A DNA stretch of 39,439 bases from Octopus bimaculoides (taxonomy: Eukaryota). Made by a program: the position numbers and the translations under genes. The DNA lies in NCBI RefSeq assembly GCF_001194135.2, contig NC_069006.1, positions 21,496,218 to 21,535,656 on the forward strand. Direction: 5' to 3'. Numbering within the stretch: the stretch's first letter is position 1; each line of letters starts with the position of its first letter. Under the pieces are notes generated by a model that was not told the origin of the DNA, ran no database searches, and was given only the letters and a program-made list of their open reading frames with translations. Of this stretch, positions 24,266-35,449 are shown in pieces.

Positions 24266-24568
24266 GCGTGTACGAAAGAGGTCGAAAACAAACCAGTGTT
24301 TAGGTCCGGATAGAATGCATTGTCAGTCATTAACGGTTGAGCACAGCATAAAGTTTTTTTGTTGTCGTAGAGGCCGCCACCACTCAGTGGACATGACTCT
24401 CACGCATCTCTCCTTTCCGCTCGTTTTCTCTCTTTCTCTCTCACGCACACACATAAAATCACTCACACACACTCGTATACAAAGGCACAATGTCACTCAC
24501 ACACATGCACATAATATCACTCCCACACACCCACACACAATGCAGCAAGAGGACACACACACACACAC
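24266..24568 (+). repeat. Near-identical direct duplication, copy 1 (contig bounded by gaps)
   Basis: Matches 26499-26790 apart from one A/G substitution and the segment that is N-gapped in copy 2. Confidence 0.9.
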
Positions 24569-24667
24569 NNNNNNNNNNGTGTGTATGTGTGTGTATGTGC
24601 CTATAAATAATGAATGTATGCATATGTGTGTGCATAATCTATGTATCCATACATGTGTATATGTGTG

Positions 24668-24716
<49 letters not shown>

Positions 24717-25711
24717 NNNNNNNNNNNNNNNNNNNNNNNNNNNNNNNNNNNNNNNNNNNNNNNNNNNNNNNNNNNNNNNNNNNNNNNNNNNNNNNNNNNN
24801 NNNNNNNNNNNNNNNNNNNNNNNNNNNNNNNNNNNNNNNNNNNNNNNNNNNNNNNNNNNNNNNNNNNNNNNNNNNNNNNNNNNNNNNNNNNNNNNNNNNN
24901 NNNNNNNNNNNNNNNNNNNNNNNNNNNNNNNNNNNNNNNNNNNNNNNNNNNNNNNNNNNNNNNNNNNNNNNNNNNNNNNNNNNNNNNNNNNNNNNNNNNN
25001 NNNNNNNNNNNNNNNNNNNNNNNNNNNNNNNNNNNNNNNNNNNNNNNNNNNNNNNNNNNNNNNNNNNNNNNNNNNNNNNNNNNNNNNNNNNNNNNNNNNN
25101 NNNNNNNNNNNNNNNNNNNNNNNNNNNNNNNNNNNNNNNNNNNNNNNNNNNNNNNNNNNNNNNNNNNNNNNNNNNNNNNNNNNNNNNNNNNNNNNNNNNN
25201 NNNNNNNNNNNNNNNNNNNNNNNNNNNNNNNNNNNNNNNNNNNNNNNNNNNNNNNNNNNNNNNNNNNNNNNNNNNNNNNNNNNNNNNNNNNNNNNNNNNN
25301 NNNNNNNNNNNNNNNNNNNNNNNNNNNNNNNNNNNNNNNNNNNNNNNNNNNNNNNNNNNNNNNNNNNNNNNNNNNNNNNNNNNNNNNNNNNNNNNNNNNN
25401 NNNNNNNNNNNNNNNNNNNNNNNNNNNNNNNNNNNNNNNNNNNNNNNNNNNNNNNNNNNNNNNNNNNNNNNNNNNNNNNNNNNNNNNNNNNNNNNNNNNN
25501 NNNNNNNNNNNNNNNNNNNNNNNNNNNNNNNNNNNNNNNNNNNNNNNNNNNNNNNNNNNNNNNNNNNNNNNNNNNNNNNNNNNNNNNNNNNNNNNNNNNN
25601 NNNNNNNNNNNNNNNNNNNNNNNNNNNNNNNNNNNNACTATTTATCTGTCTATCTATTCATTTATCCGTCTATTTATCTATCTAGATGTCTCTCTTCCAT
25701 TCATTCATTTG

Positions 25712-25777
<66 letters not shown>

Positions 25778-25820
25778 CCTCTATCTATCATATAATCAAT
25801 CTTTATCTTTAAATTTGTCT

Positions 25821-25987
25821 GCTGGTGTGTTTACGTCCTCGTAACTTTACGGTTCGGCATAAGAGTATAAGTACCAGGATTTTTTTTTTAAATGAGTTCT
25901 GGGGTTGGTACATTCGACTAAAAAGCCAAGGCAATACCCCAGCATGGCTGCAGTTCAAGGACTGAAACAATTAAAAGATAAAAGATA
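25821..25987 (+). mobile_element. SINE family B 3' half, diverged
   Basis: Collinear with 1275-1432. Confidence 0.75.
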
Positions 25988-26043
25988 TGTGTTCATATGC
26001 ATTACCTATGTCTTGTACTTCGTGTGGAGTTGGCCACTTTAAT

Positions 26044-26328
26044 TGGCCTCACAACAACCATCGTATCTCAATATGATTATAGATTTATTTTTGCATTTCG
26101 GGGCACCAAGTGATTAGTTGTTGCCCTTTACCATCGTCGCTGAAAGAGCTAAAGCAGGTTTTACTTGAAGAATGATTCGAAATTCCTCTAGCAATCGTTC
26201 AGAACCCGTACGAGTCAATTCTTTGGCGTATTAAAGCTGTGGCTGATATCAAAGGTGGACCAACTGCTTATCAAATTATAAAGCTTCCATTTAACAATGT
26301 GCTTTTGCTATTTTGTCCAACCCCTGTA
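26044..26328 (+). mobile_element. Tc1-type transposon right end: decayed transposase C-terminus, TIR and TA
   Basis: 26131-26271 translates PSSLKELKQVLLEE*FEIPLAIVQNPYESILWRIKAVADIKGGPTAY (Tc1 EEW..IP...R...V...KGG.T.Y motif; TGG>TGA at 26173-26175). Frameshifted WP...LNMI remnant of WPxxSPDLNxIE at 26044-26078. Ends TTTTGTCCAACCCCTG (26311-26326) followed by TA. Confidence 0.85.
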
Positions 26329-26342
26329 TGAGTCTTTATGTG

Positions 26343-26380
<38 letters not shown>

Positions 26381-26498
26381 ATTTTTATGAATATATTTAT
26401 TTATTTACACATACACATTTAATTGCTTCTGTAATATTTAAGAAATCAATCTGTCTATAAAGGCGTGTATGTGTGTCAGTGTGTGTGTATGCTCGAAC

Positions 26499-26790
26499 GC
26501 GTGTACGAAAGAGGTCGAAAACAAACCAGTGTTTAGGTCCGGATAGAATGCATTGTCAGTCATTAACGGTTGGGCACAGCATAAAGTTTTTTTGTTCTNN
26601 NNNNNNNNNNNNNNNNNNNNNNNNNNNNNNNNNNNNNNNNCGCTCGTTTTCTCTCTTTCTCTCTCACGCACACACATAAAATCACTCACACACACTCGTA
26701 TACAAAGGCACAATGTCACTCACACACATGCACATAATATCACTCCCACACACCCACACACAATGCAGCAAGAGGACACACACACACACA
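26499..26790 (+). repeat. Near-identical direct duplication, copy 2
   Basis: See 24266-24568; contains a 42-N gap at 26599-26640. Confidence 0.9.
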
Positions 26791-26976
26791 CAAAATGTCA
26801 CTCACGCACACATACACACACAGAATATCACTCACACACTCATACACATATACACACATAGAGTATCGCTCTCTCTCTCTCTCACACATATACACACACA
26901 CACGCAAAGTCAAACTCACACATCTACTGCGTTTGGGCCCAACAAGGTTTGTCCCAGAAGGACCAACGATACATCG

Positions 26977-26979
<3 letters not shown>

Positions 26980-27033
<54 letters not shown>

Positions 27034-27290
27034 GGTAGTAGAGGAAAAATCAGAGGAGGAAGAAGTTATAATGATTGAAGATAGGAAATGCGATGATGGT
27101 GATCAGTAATAATTAAAATAATGATGATGGTGATGTTTATGTTAATAATGATGCGTGATAATAAAGGTGTTGATGATGGTGACGATGACAATGATGATGA
27201 TGATGACGATAAGAAAGCCGCCGCCGCCGCTGCTGCTGCTGCTGCTGCTGCTACTACTGCTGCTGCTGCTACTACTGCTGCTGTTTTTCC
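26980..27290 (+). repeat. Trinucleotide arrays (AGT)n, (GGT)n, (GAT)n, (GCC)n/(GCT)n/(ACT)n
   Basis: Direct inspection. Confidence 0.9.
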
Positions 27291-28129
27291 TGCCTGTATA
27301 CGGTGACCACATCATCGACTGAGAACAATAACAGTGGCGACCGTGAAGGTGTTAGAAGAGAAAGAGAGAAAGGAGAAAGAAAAAAGGAGAGAAAGAAAGA
27401 AAAACGTATGAATGGATGGGTAAACGAACGAATGAATGAAAGAAATGAGACGCAAAGAAAGAATGTATCTGATTAGTAATATAGCATAAATAATATTTAT
27501 AATGAATAATGCACGCAGTAATTTATTAATGTCTGAAAAGCAGACGCTAACAGTAAACAGATATCTCTAGTATAGTGCACAGCAAAAACAAAGCCAAATA
27601 AAACACAATGAAAATAGCCTGAATCGTTCGTTCATTTGTTCGTTCGTTGTCTGACATTTCTCTTTAGAAAAGGCAGAAAAATATGAAGGAGAATTATTAT
27701 CCGTGATCCAGACAATTTCCCTCTTCCAATTCTTTTCTCCAATTCTCTCGTTTACGATGCAATTTCAGAACCAATATCTTTTGTGATTTCTTTATTTCTC
27801 TACGTGACAGACAAATTAGATGCTTTAGTTTTCGTTCTCATGAGAAATGGCTCATTTCTCATTCTCCCAGCATCGTTTTCAGAAAGTTATTTGCCTAATA
27901 ATATATTTTATATAGCAGCTATCAATATAGTTTTCTCTCTCCTCTTTCTTTTTTCTTTTTATATTTTTCTAACTCTCTTTTTTCTTTCTTTGTTTGTTTA
28001 TATATATGTATATATGCTTCGTTCTTTTAATGACCGTACAAAATATCGAAATATTCGTCGACACGGCGGCCGTTACCACCACCGCTATCGTATTCATCAA
28101 TAACATCATCGCTTCTATTCCTACTACCA

Positions 28130-28130
28130 C

Positions 28131-28190
<60 letters not shown>

Positions 28191-28200
28191 AACTACTACA
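28130..28200 (+). repeat. (AAT)n microsatellite
   Basis: Direct inspection. Confidence 0.95.
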
Positions 28201-29366
28201 AATGATGTGGAAGTGCAATATGTCTAGACATCAAACTAATTCCGTTTCTGCCCCTTTCGTTCATTGTTTTAGCACTTGTGAATTTTGGTCTGTTTTTCCT
28301 TCCGTACTGAGGTGTGTGACGTTCATAAATGTTTGAGTGTATGCGTGCGTATAGAACAAACACACACATATACTTANNNNNNNNNNNNNNNNNNNNNNNN
28401 NNNNNNNNNNNNNNNNNNNNNNNNNNNNNNNNNNNNNNNNNNNNNNNNNNNNNNNNNNNNNNNNNNNNNNNNNNNNNNNNNNNNNNNNNNNNNNNNNNNN
28501 NNNNNNNNNNNNNNNNNNNNNNNNNNNNNNNNNNNNNNNNNNNNNNNNNNNNNNNNNNNNNNNNNNNNNNNNNNNNNNNNNNNNNNNNNNNNNNNNNNNN
28601 NNNNNNNNNNNNNNNNNNNNNNNNNNNNNNNNNNNNNNNNNNNNNNNNNNNNNNNNNNNNNNNNNNNNNNNNNNNNNNNNNNNNNNNNNNNNNNNNNNNN
28701 NNNNNNNNNNNNNNNNNNNNNNNNNNNNNNNNNNNNNNNNNNNNNNNNNTATATATATATATATATATATCATAGTTTCCCTTCTATCCCAATACGCCAC
28801 ATTTGATTATATATACCTACATAACACTAACACATACGCGCATATCAAGGGAGAGGTGGTAATATTGAATATCCTTAATGTATTTCCTTGTGAGTAAGAT
28901 TTCCATAAAAAGGAAAATGAATCAAAGCTTCTTTTTGATAGAGAGTATAGAAAATTCATTAATGTGACTTTAGACATGAGCACGAGACTAAGAAGTTTGA
29001 CATGCAACCAAAATGGTTCCACGTTCGATCCCGAATTGCGAAGCCTTGTGCAAATTTACCTTGATTTCATGGGGAAATTTGTGGCGAAATTTGCTTGATA
29101 GAATGTGTAACTTGGGCTGATACCCATCAGCCATACATGAAGGTAAACGGGCTAAGACTATCTCTCAGCATACATTCAAGTATTTGGACTCACGTGGACC
29201 GGTTTCTGCCTGGCAGAATAGCCTCACCCTCCTCAGCACGCGTTACCATGACGGAAAGCCCCAACCCGTCGCGTTGAAGTGAATTTCTCGTGAATTATTT
29301 GCTCCGTATTGAAATTATATATATAATCTATTTATTTATCTGTATGTCCATATCTACCTACATCAG

Positions 29367-29401
<35 letters not shown>

Positions 29402-30450
29402 AGAGAGAGGGGAGAAGATCCCCTTCGGTTACGAATGACTATGGGATTGCACCCAGAAAGTTACCCNNNNNNNNNNNNNNNNNNNNNNNNNNNNNNNNNN
29501 NNNNNNNNNNNNNNNNNNNNNNNNNNNNNNNNNNNNNNNNNNNNNNNNNNNNNNNNNNNNNNNNNNNNNNNNNNNNNNNNNNNNNNNNNNNNNNNNNNNN
29601 NNNNNNNNNNNNNNNNNNNNNNNNNNNNNNNNNNNNNNNNNNNNNNNNNNNNNNNNNNNNNNNNNNNNNNNNNNNNNNNNNNNNNNNNNNNNNNNNNNNN
29701 NNNNNNNNNNNNNNNNNNNNNNNNNNNNNNNNNNNNNNNNNNNNNNNNNNNNNNNNNNNNNNNNNNNNNNNNNNNNNNNNNNNNNNNNNNNNNNNNNNNN
29801 NNNNNNNNNNNNNNNNNNNNNNNNNNNNNNNNNNNNNNNNNNNNNNNNNNNNNNNNNNNNNNNNNNNNNNNNNNNNNNNNNNNNNNNNNNNNNNNNNNNN
29901 NNNNNNNNNNNNNNNNNNNNNNNNNNNNNNNNNNNNNNNNNNNNNNNNNNNNNNNNNNNNNNNNNNNNNNNNNNNNNNNNNNNNNNNNNNNNNNNNNNNN
30001 NNNNNNNNNNNNNNNNNNNNNNNNNNNNNNNNNNNNNNNNNNNNNNNNNNNNNNNNNNNNNNNNNNNNNNNNNNNNNNNNNNNNNNNNNNNNNNNNNNNN
30101 NNNNNNNNNNNNNNNNNNNNNNNNNNNNNNNNNNNNNNNNNNNNNNNNNNNNNNNNNNNNNNNNNNNNNNNNNNNNNNNNNNNNNNNNNNNNNNNNNNNN
30201 NNNNNNNNNNNNNNNNNNNNNNNNNNNNNNNNNNNNNATCATATGACGAACGCATCGGTTATCCAAAGTTATCCATTCATTAGTCAAATTCTCTTCTTCA
30301 TTTGCTCTCCATTTTCTTTCTTTCTCACTTTCCTTTTTCGTTTCTTTCGTCGTATGTTTTATAATAATAAGAAGAAAAAGAAGAGGAAGAATGATTCTTT
30401 ATTTAGCACTAAGGTTTTACAAAAGAAAAACGCTGGGAACGGTACTGGAC

Positions 30451-30507
<57 letters not shown>

Positions 30508-30654
30508 CTTTTCTACTTAAGGCACAAGGCCTGAAATTTGGAGGAAGGGGATTGATTAGTCGACTACATCGACCCCAGTGTTTCACTGGTACTTAGTTTA
30601 TCGACCCCGAAAGGATGAAAGGCAGAGCCGACCTCGGCAGAATTTGAACTCAGA
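30451..30654 (-). mobile_element. SINE family A, 5'-truncated at the B-box, with long (ATT)n tail
   Basis: Reverse complement of the core and 3' end; tail at 30451-30506. Confidence 0.9.
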
Positions 30655-30658
30655 CCGT

Positions 30659-30855
30659 CTGCAGAATCAAAACCAAAATGCTTAGCGGTATTTCGTCCGT
30701 CAATATGTTCTGAATCCAAATTCCGCCGAGATCGACTTTGCCTTTCATCTTTTGGTGCTCGATAAAATAAGCACCAGTTGAACACTAGGGGGTGGGGGTC
30801 GATGTAATGGATTTTCCTCTCTCTCAGAATTGCTGGCCTTGTGCCAACATTTGAA
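30659..30855 (+). mobile_element. SINE family A, diverged, head-to-head with the preceding copy
   Basis: GCAGAATC...AAATGCTTAGCGGTATTTCGTCCGTC...TTCTGAATCCAAATTCCGCCGAG...GGCCTTGTGCC. Confidence 0.85.
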
Positions 30856-31157
30856 GCCGATATATTTTTCCCTTCCTTTGCAGATTACTTTTTCCCATCG
30901 TGGTTAAATTCTTGCCGTATTCTTGCAGTCGCCATCTTGTCTCTTTGCCAATATTTCTGAGATTGCATTATCTCGAGCAATAGTTCCTATTTTATGACCA
31001 TACAATATTATTTGAGGGCGATTTGGTTGCAGTTTTTGACAGGTTCAACGTAGTTTCTTTTGTTGCTGTCTCAAGGCTTGTTAATATTTTTGTTGTTAGT
31101 GATGACAACCTTGTGACTGTTCTTGTTTTTGTCATTGCTGTTATCGTTGCTCTAGGT

Positions 31158-31428
31158 CAGAGGCCCTCGATTGGGGGTCCATATGGCCCTTTAGGGTCCA
31201 TATAAGATTTTTTGTTGCCGAAATTTATGTGCAATAAATTGCTTATACTTCTATAATACACAAAATATTTTAATTTTTTTTATACAAGTCCTGATAATAT
31301 TTAATTACAAAAATACAGTAGGATGTTTTTCTTTTTTTTTATATATATAAACATCGAATGGCTATGAGAGTCCAATAGAGCAAAATAGAAATCAAAGGGG
31401 TCCATATGTAAAATAGGGAGAAACACTG
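31158..31428. mobile_element. hAT (Charlie-like) MITE
   Basis: Degenerate TIRs CAGAGGCCCTC (31158) and GAGAAACACTG (ends 31428). Candidate 8-bp TSDs CTCTAGGT (31150-31157) and CTCTGGGG (31429-31436) match at 6/8 and resemble the Charlie NTCTAGAN target. Repeated GGGTCCATA subterminal motifs. Confidence 0.7.
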
Positions 31429-31559
31429 CTCTGGGGGATCAATGTTGTTATTTTTTTAGCTCCGGAGTAACCTTAATCGACACTCTAACCATGCCAATAA
31501 CTGCTCTTAATTTAAACAATGTTATCTGCGACCTCCTTTTTTTAAATGCGGTATGACCG

Positions 31560-31627
31560 GGTTTGAGTGAGATTGCTTGGTATTTCTAGCAAACCGAGTG
31601 ACCACCCAAATACTCCCTCGCCAGCTC
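31560..31627 (+). repeat. Unclassified dispersed repeat fragment
   Basis: GATTGCTTGGTATTTCTAGCAAACCGAGTGACCAC resembles GATTTGGCTGCTATTTCTACGCGGTTGAACCAACCAC at about 38481-38517. Confidence 0.4.
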
Positions 31628-31722
31628 AGAATTAGTGAAACCTATGATCGACCTGATATTAATTATATTTTTGCGGAGCACCAAATAGAGTAGAACAGTC
31701 GTTGTTGCTGTCGTTATTATTA

Positions 31723-31753
<31 letters not shown>

Positions 31754-32317
31754 GAACTTTCTTCAATTTATTACAAAAAAAATACAAAAAAACTCTACAC
31801 TTTCTCTTTTGTTTTGATTCTCATTCTCGATCGAAAACAAATTGTTTTCTAAAACCATTCCTTAGAAATGAGCTTGCTTTCTCGGTATGCGTTTTAAATT
31901 TCTCAAAACAAAAAAGAAAAAAAAATATTTAAACAAAAAATTTTCAAGTTGAGGAATTTGGCCCGGTTTTTTTTTTTTTTATTCCAAGAATGGATTATTG
32001 AACAGCAATTTTGTTTACGACGATGAATTGATTGGAAATGTCTTGAAGCGATTTAGTTTTTAAATAGCTTTGGCCTCAACGAACGAACAAGCACACAAAC
32101 GGTGAATTTATCTGCTTGAATGCCAAACGCTATTCATGCATCGAGCTATTAGCTAGCTTAATGAAAACCACTAATAGTTCCCCACACAAGTTAAAATGCG
32201 GGCAATAAATCTACAAGTTCCTCCATAAATTCTTCAAAATCTATAAGATAGACAGTGCCACCTATCAAGAAAAATGCCGGTGCTTATTGGACGTTCTCTC
32301 CACGATGTAGATTAAGA

Positions 32318-32510
32318 CTGGGTTAGGGTTAAGCTTAGCGTCAGAGTTAGGTTCAGAATTAGGGAGACATAAGGGTTACTCTCAGATTTACGGTTAGGGT
32401 TCGATTTTTAGATTCTGGATTAAGGTCAGCTTTTCAATTAGGGTAAGCATTGGATTCGGGAATAGAATGGTAATTAGGGCTGGGGTTTGTGTAATGGCTA
32501 ATTCAGGGGT
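32318..32510 (+). repeat. Degenerate hexamer array related to (TTAGGG)n
   Basis: Perfect TTAGGG at 32323, 32359, 32394, 32438 and 32474, with 6-nt-periodic variants between. Confidence 0.6.
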
Positions 32511-32632
32511 CAGCTTTGCCTTTCATCCTTTCGGGGTCGATAAATTAAGTACCAGTGAAACACTGGGGTCGGTGTAATCGACTAGTCCCCACCCACAAAA
32601 TTTTAGACCTTGTGCCTATAAAAGACAGGATT

Positions 32633-32663
<31 letters not shown>

Positions 32664-32692
32664 TTATTATTATTATTATTGTCACTATTATT
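32511..32692 (+). mobile_element. SINE family A, 5'-truncated, long (ATT)n tail
   Basis: Core and 3' end match the family A consensus. Confidence 0.9.
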
Positions 32693-32910
32693 AAGACGGT
32701 AAGCTGGCAGAATCGTTAGCACGCCGAGCAAAATGCTTAGCGGCGTTTCGTCCGTCTTTACGTTCTGAGTTCAAATTCCGCCGAGGTCGATGACTTTGCC
32801 TTTCATACTTTCGGGGTTGATAAAACAAACACCAGCCAAGCACTGGGGTTCGATATAATCAACAAGTCGCTTTCCCCAAATTTCAGGCCTTGTGCCTATA
32901 GAAGAAAGGC
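32693..32910 (+). mobile_element. SINE family A, full length, starting at the end of the previous copy's ATT tail
   Basis: AAGACGGTAAGCTGGCAGAATCGTTAGCACG head, B-box GAGTTCAAATTCC, core and 3' end. Confidence 0.9.
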
Positions 32911-33139
32911 TGATCACTGTTACTGTTTTTACCACCATCATTACATTTCATTATTGCCGTTTGATGTTGTTGTTGTTGTTGTTGTTGTTGTTAATACCGC
33001 AATATAAAGGTTTAACTGTTATTACTGCTCCGCTATGAGGTTCTTAAGTCGCTCCCTATGTTCTTCTTGTTGTTGTTCTTCTTCTTGTTTTATTGTTGTT
33101 TGTTTTTGTTTCGGCTACTGCCTTTGCTCTCTTCCACAG

Positions 33140-33290
33140 ACCGTCACAAATACATTGATTTATGGGTAATGTGACGTCATGTGATGCAGATATAGGTGGG
33201 GCGGGCTCCCCTTTTATTGCAGCCACTTGAGCACATTAACTGAATGCACGAGTGTTCAGGTAGGAGTGAGCTGATTCATAAATGCACGCA
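33140..33290. promoter_or_regulatory. Candidate cis-regulatory module (Pbx/Hox, CRE, GC-box and NK2-type motifs)
   Basis: TGATTTATGG 33156-33165, TGACGTCA 33172-33179, GGGGCGGG 33198-33205 and CCACTTGA 33223-33230 within 75 bp of unique sequence. Motif matches only. Confidence 0.4.
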
Positions 33291-33776
33291 CATGTGCAGC
33301 GTTGCAGTGGAATTTCTGTTGCAAATGTAATTGCATCACAAATTATGTCAGTCTGTATATATATATATATATATGTNNNNNNNNNNNNNNNNNNNNNNNN
33401 NNNNNNNNNNNNNNNNNNNNNNNNNNNNNNNNNNNNNNNNNNNNNNNNNNNNNNNNNNNNNNNNNNNNNNNNNNNNNNNNNNNNNNNNNNNNNNNNNNNN
33501 NNNNNNNNNNNNNNNNNNNNNNNNNNNNNNNNNNNNNNNNNNNNNNNNNNNNNNNNNNNNNNNNNNNNNNNNNNNNNNNNNNNNNNNNNNNNNNNNNNNN
33601 NNNNNNNNNNNNNNNNNNNNNNNNNNNNNNNNNNNNNNNNNNNNNNNNNNNNNNNNNNNNNNNNNNNNNNNNNNNNNNNNNNNNNNNATGTGCGTTTATA
33701 AGCACGGCCACATTTTAAATAGTTAACACGTGACATTGCAACGATAATTTTAATACAAATATACAACTCAATGTCC

Positions 33777-33779
<3 letters not shown>

Positions 33780-33811
<32 letters not shown>

Positions 33812-33828
33812 TATATATATATTTACAT

Positions 33829-33888
<60 letters not shown>

Positions 33889-33890
33889 AG
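33780..33890 (+). repeat. (CT)n and (AGAT)n microsatellites
   Basis: Direct inspection. Confidence 0.95.
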
Positions 33891-34460
33891 TCATGGATAG
33901 AGATGGATAAAGTCAGAGATTAAGTCATGAATAGATATAGATAGTTGATGGATATTGATAGATATGTAGAGGGATATAAATCTGGGGAGATATGTATAGA
34001 TTTGTATATATAATGAGAAATATATAAATATGTAGAGAAAGACAGAGAAAGAAACGCATATAGATAATCTAAAATCGGAATCAGATGTGCGAAAAATACT
34101 TAAAGGCTATATGATGTGAACAGAAGCGATGGAGTAGAGGCTATCATTTACCTCATTTTCGGAAATGTCCCAACATACATCAATCCAGTTTCAGACAGAT
34201 TTATAGTTTCCTATACAAGACTGGAAACCTTACCTCTTTCGTTCGTAAACTTCCACCCCACAATCACCACGGTATTATCTTCATCTACTTCCGTATCATC
34301 CACATTATGGTCACCCGAGTCGAGTGGTCGAACGGACATGTCATCAAATATGTTCCAACCACGGCAATTCCGTCAGATTTCCCCAGACATCGTAGAAGGG
34401 TGTGTGTGTGTGTATGTGTATGTATACTCTCTCTTTCTCTCTCTTTCTCACGCGCGCGCG

Positions 34461-34616
34461 GGTGCAAAGTGTTGTTATGTGGTAGGAAGTTTGCTTCCCA
34501 ACCGCATGGTCCCGGGTTCAGTTCCACGACGTGGCACCTTGGCCAAATGTATTCTACTGTAGACCTGACCAAAGCTTTGTGAGTGGATTTGGTTGACGGA
34601 AACGGAAAGAAGCCCA
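34461..34616 (+). mobile_element. tRNA-derived SINE head, probably family B 5' half
   Basis: Degenerate A-box (TGTTATGTGGTAGG), B-box GGTTCAGTTCC, then GGCACCTTGGCCAAATGTATTCTACT...GCTTTGTGAGTGGATTTGG. The link to the family B 3' halves is from recall of octopus repeats, not from overlap within this window. Confidence 0.65.
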
Positions 34617-34629
34617 TGACATATAATCG

Positions 34630-34725
34630 AAATCTCGAAGCTACGAGATAATGCGTGATTAATTCAAAAACATGTGGATAAATAAGCATCACATTTGACA
34701 GAGTAATCTGAATGACAAGAGGCTG
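34630..34725 (+). mobile_element. Fragment of an unclassified dispersed repeat (MITE-like)
   Basis: 34630-34653 matches 38447-38470 at 20/24. Confidence 0.5.
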
Positions 34726-34974
34726 AGTATACCTTGTGGTATTTAAACATAAGTCTACGTCCCCAGTTCAAAGGGTAACTTCACCNNNNNNNNNNNNNNN
34801 NNNNNNNNNNNNNNNNNNNNNNNNNNNNNNNNNNNNNNNNNNNNNNNNNNNNNNNNNNNNNNNNNNNNNNNNNNNNNNNNNNNNNNNNNNNNNNNNNNNN
34901 NNNNNNNNNNNNNNNNNNNNNNNNNNNNNNNNNNNNNNNNNNNNNNNNNNNNNNNNNNNNNNNNNNNNNNNNNN

Positions 34975-35040
34975 TTCAAATTCAGCCGCCATTGACTTTA
35001 CCATTTTATCTTTTCGATGTTGATGAAATAAGAAGCAGTA
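34975..35040 (+). mobile_element. Old SINE family A core fragment emerging from a gap
   Basis: TTCAAATTCAGCCGCCATTGACTTTACCATTTTATCTTTTCGATGTTGATGAAATAAG aligns to the B-box and core. Confidence 0.6.
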
Positions 35041-35449
35041 ACCCTTACGGCCCGCCACCCCGCTTACGACGAGTGCTGTGATCTCGGTCAGTTATACCCC
35101 ATGGAAACCAGGCAAGCGGCCCTATGAGCCCTGGGTAGATGATTATTTAGCTTTCATAAATGATATGTCTAAAAGATCGAATCTCAACGAAGTCTTGTTC
35201 CTTTTTCACCGCCTTCCCAATGGGAAGACGATACGAAAGAAGAATAAATAAATAAAAGCACAAAGGTTAAATGATAAACAGTAGTCAGGTGTTTGAGATC
35301 GATTATTTTTACTATCGATTTTTACGATCGATTATTTTTACAACTTTGACTACTAACATTTCTCCTGAAAATTTGAGAAAATGCGCCAAGTTGTACATCA
35401 TTGTTGTCATTCACAACATCGTCATCACCATCGCTGACAGCATCATAGT

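Noticed and set aside
27660-27790. Acceptor-like TTTCTCTTTAG followed by a short open frame (KAEKYEGELLSVIQ...)
   Set aside because: Frame closes within about 40 codons, there is no donor, and the peptide is unrecognisable.
29408-29466. Possible retroposon 3' end (AAGATCCCCTTCGG...AGAAAGTTACCC) beside a gap
   Set aside because: It resembles a repeat I recall from octopus DNA, but there is no second copy in the window and the rest is in Ns, so it cannot be supported here.
30927-30938. YY1-like motif GTCGCCATCTTG
   Set aside because: Single motif with no cluster or promoter context.
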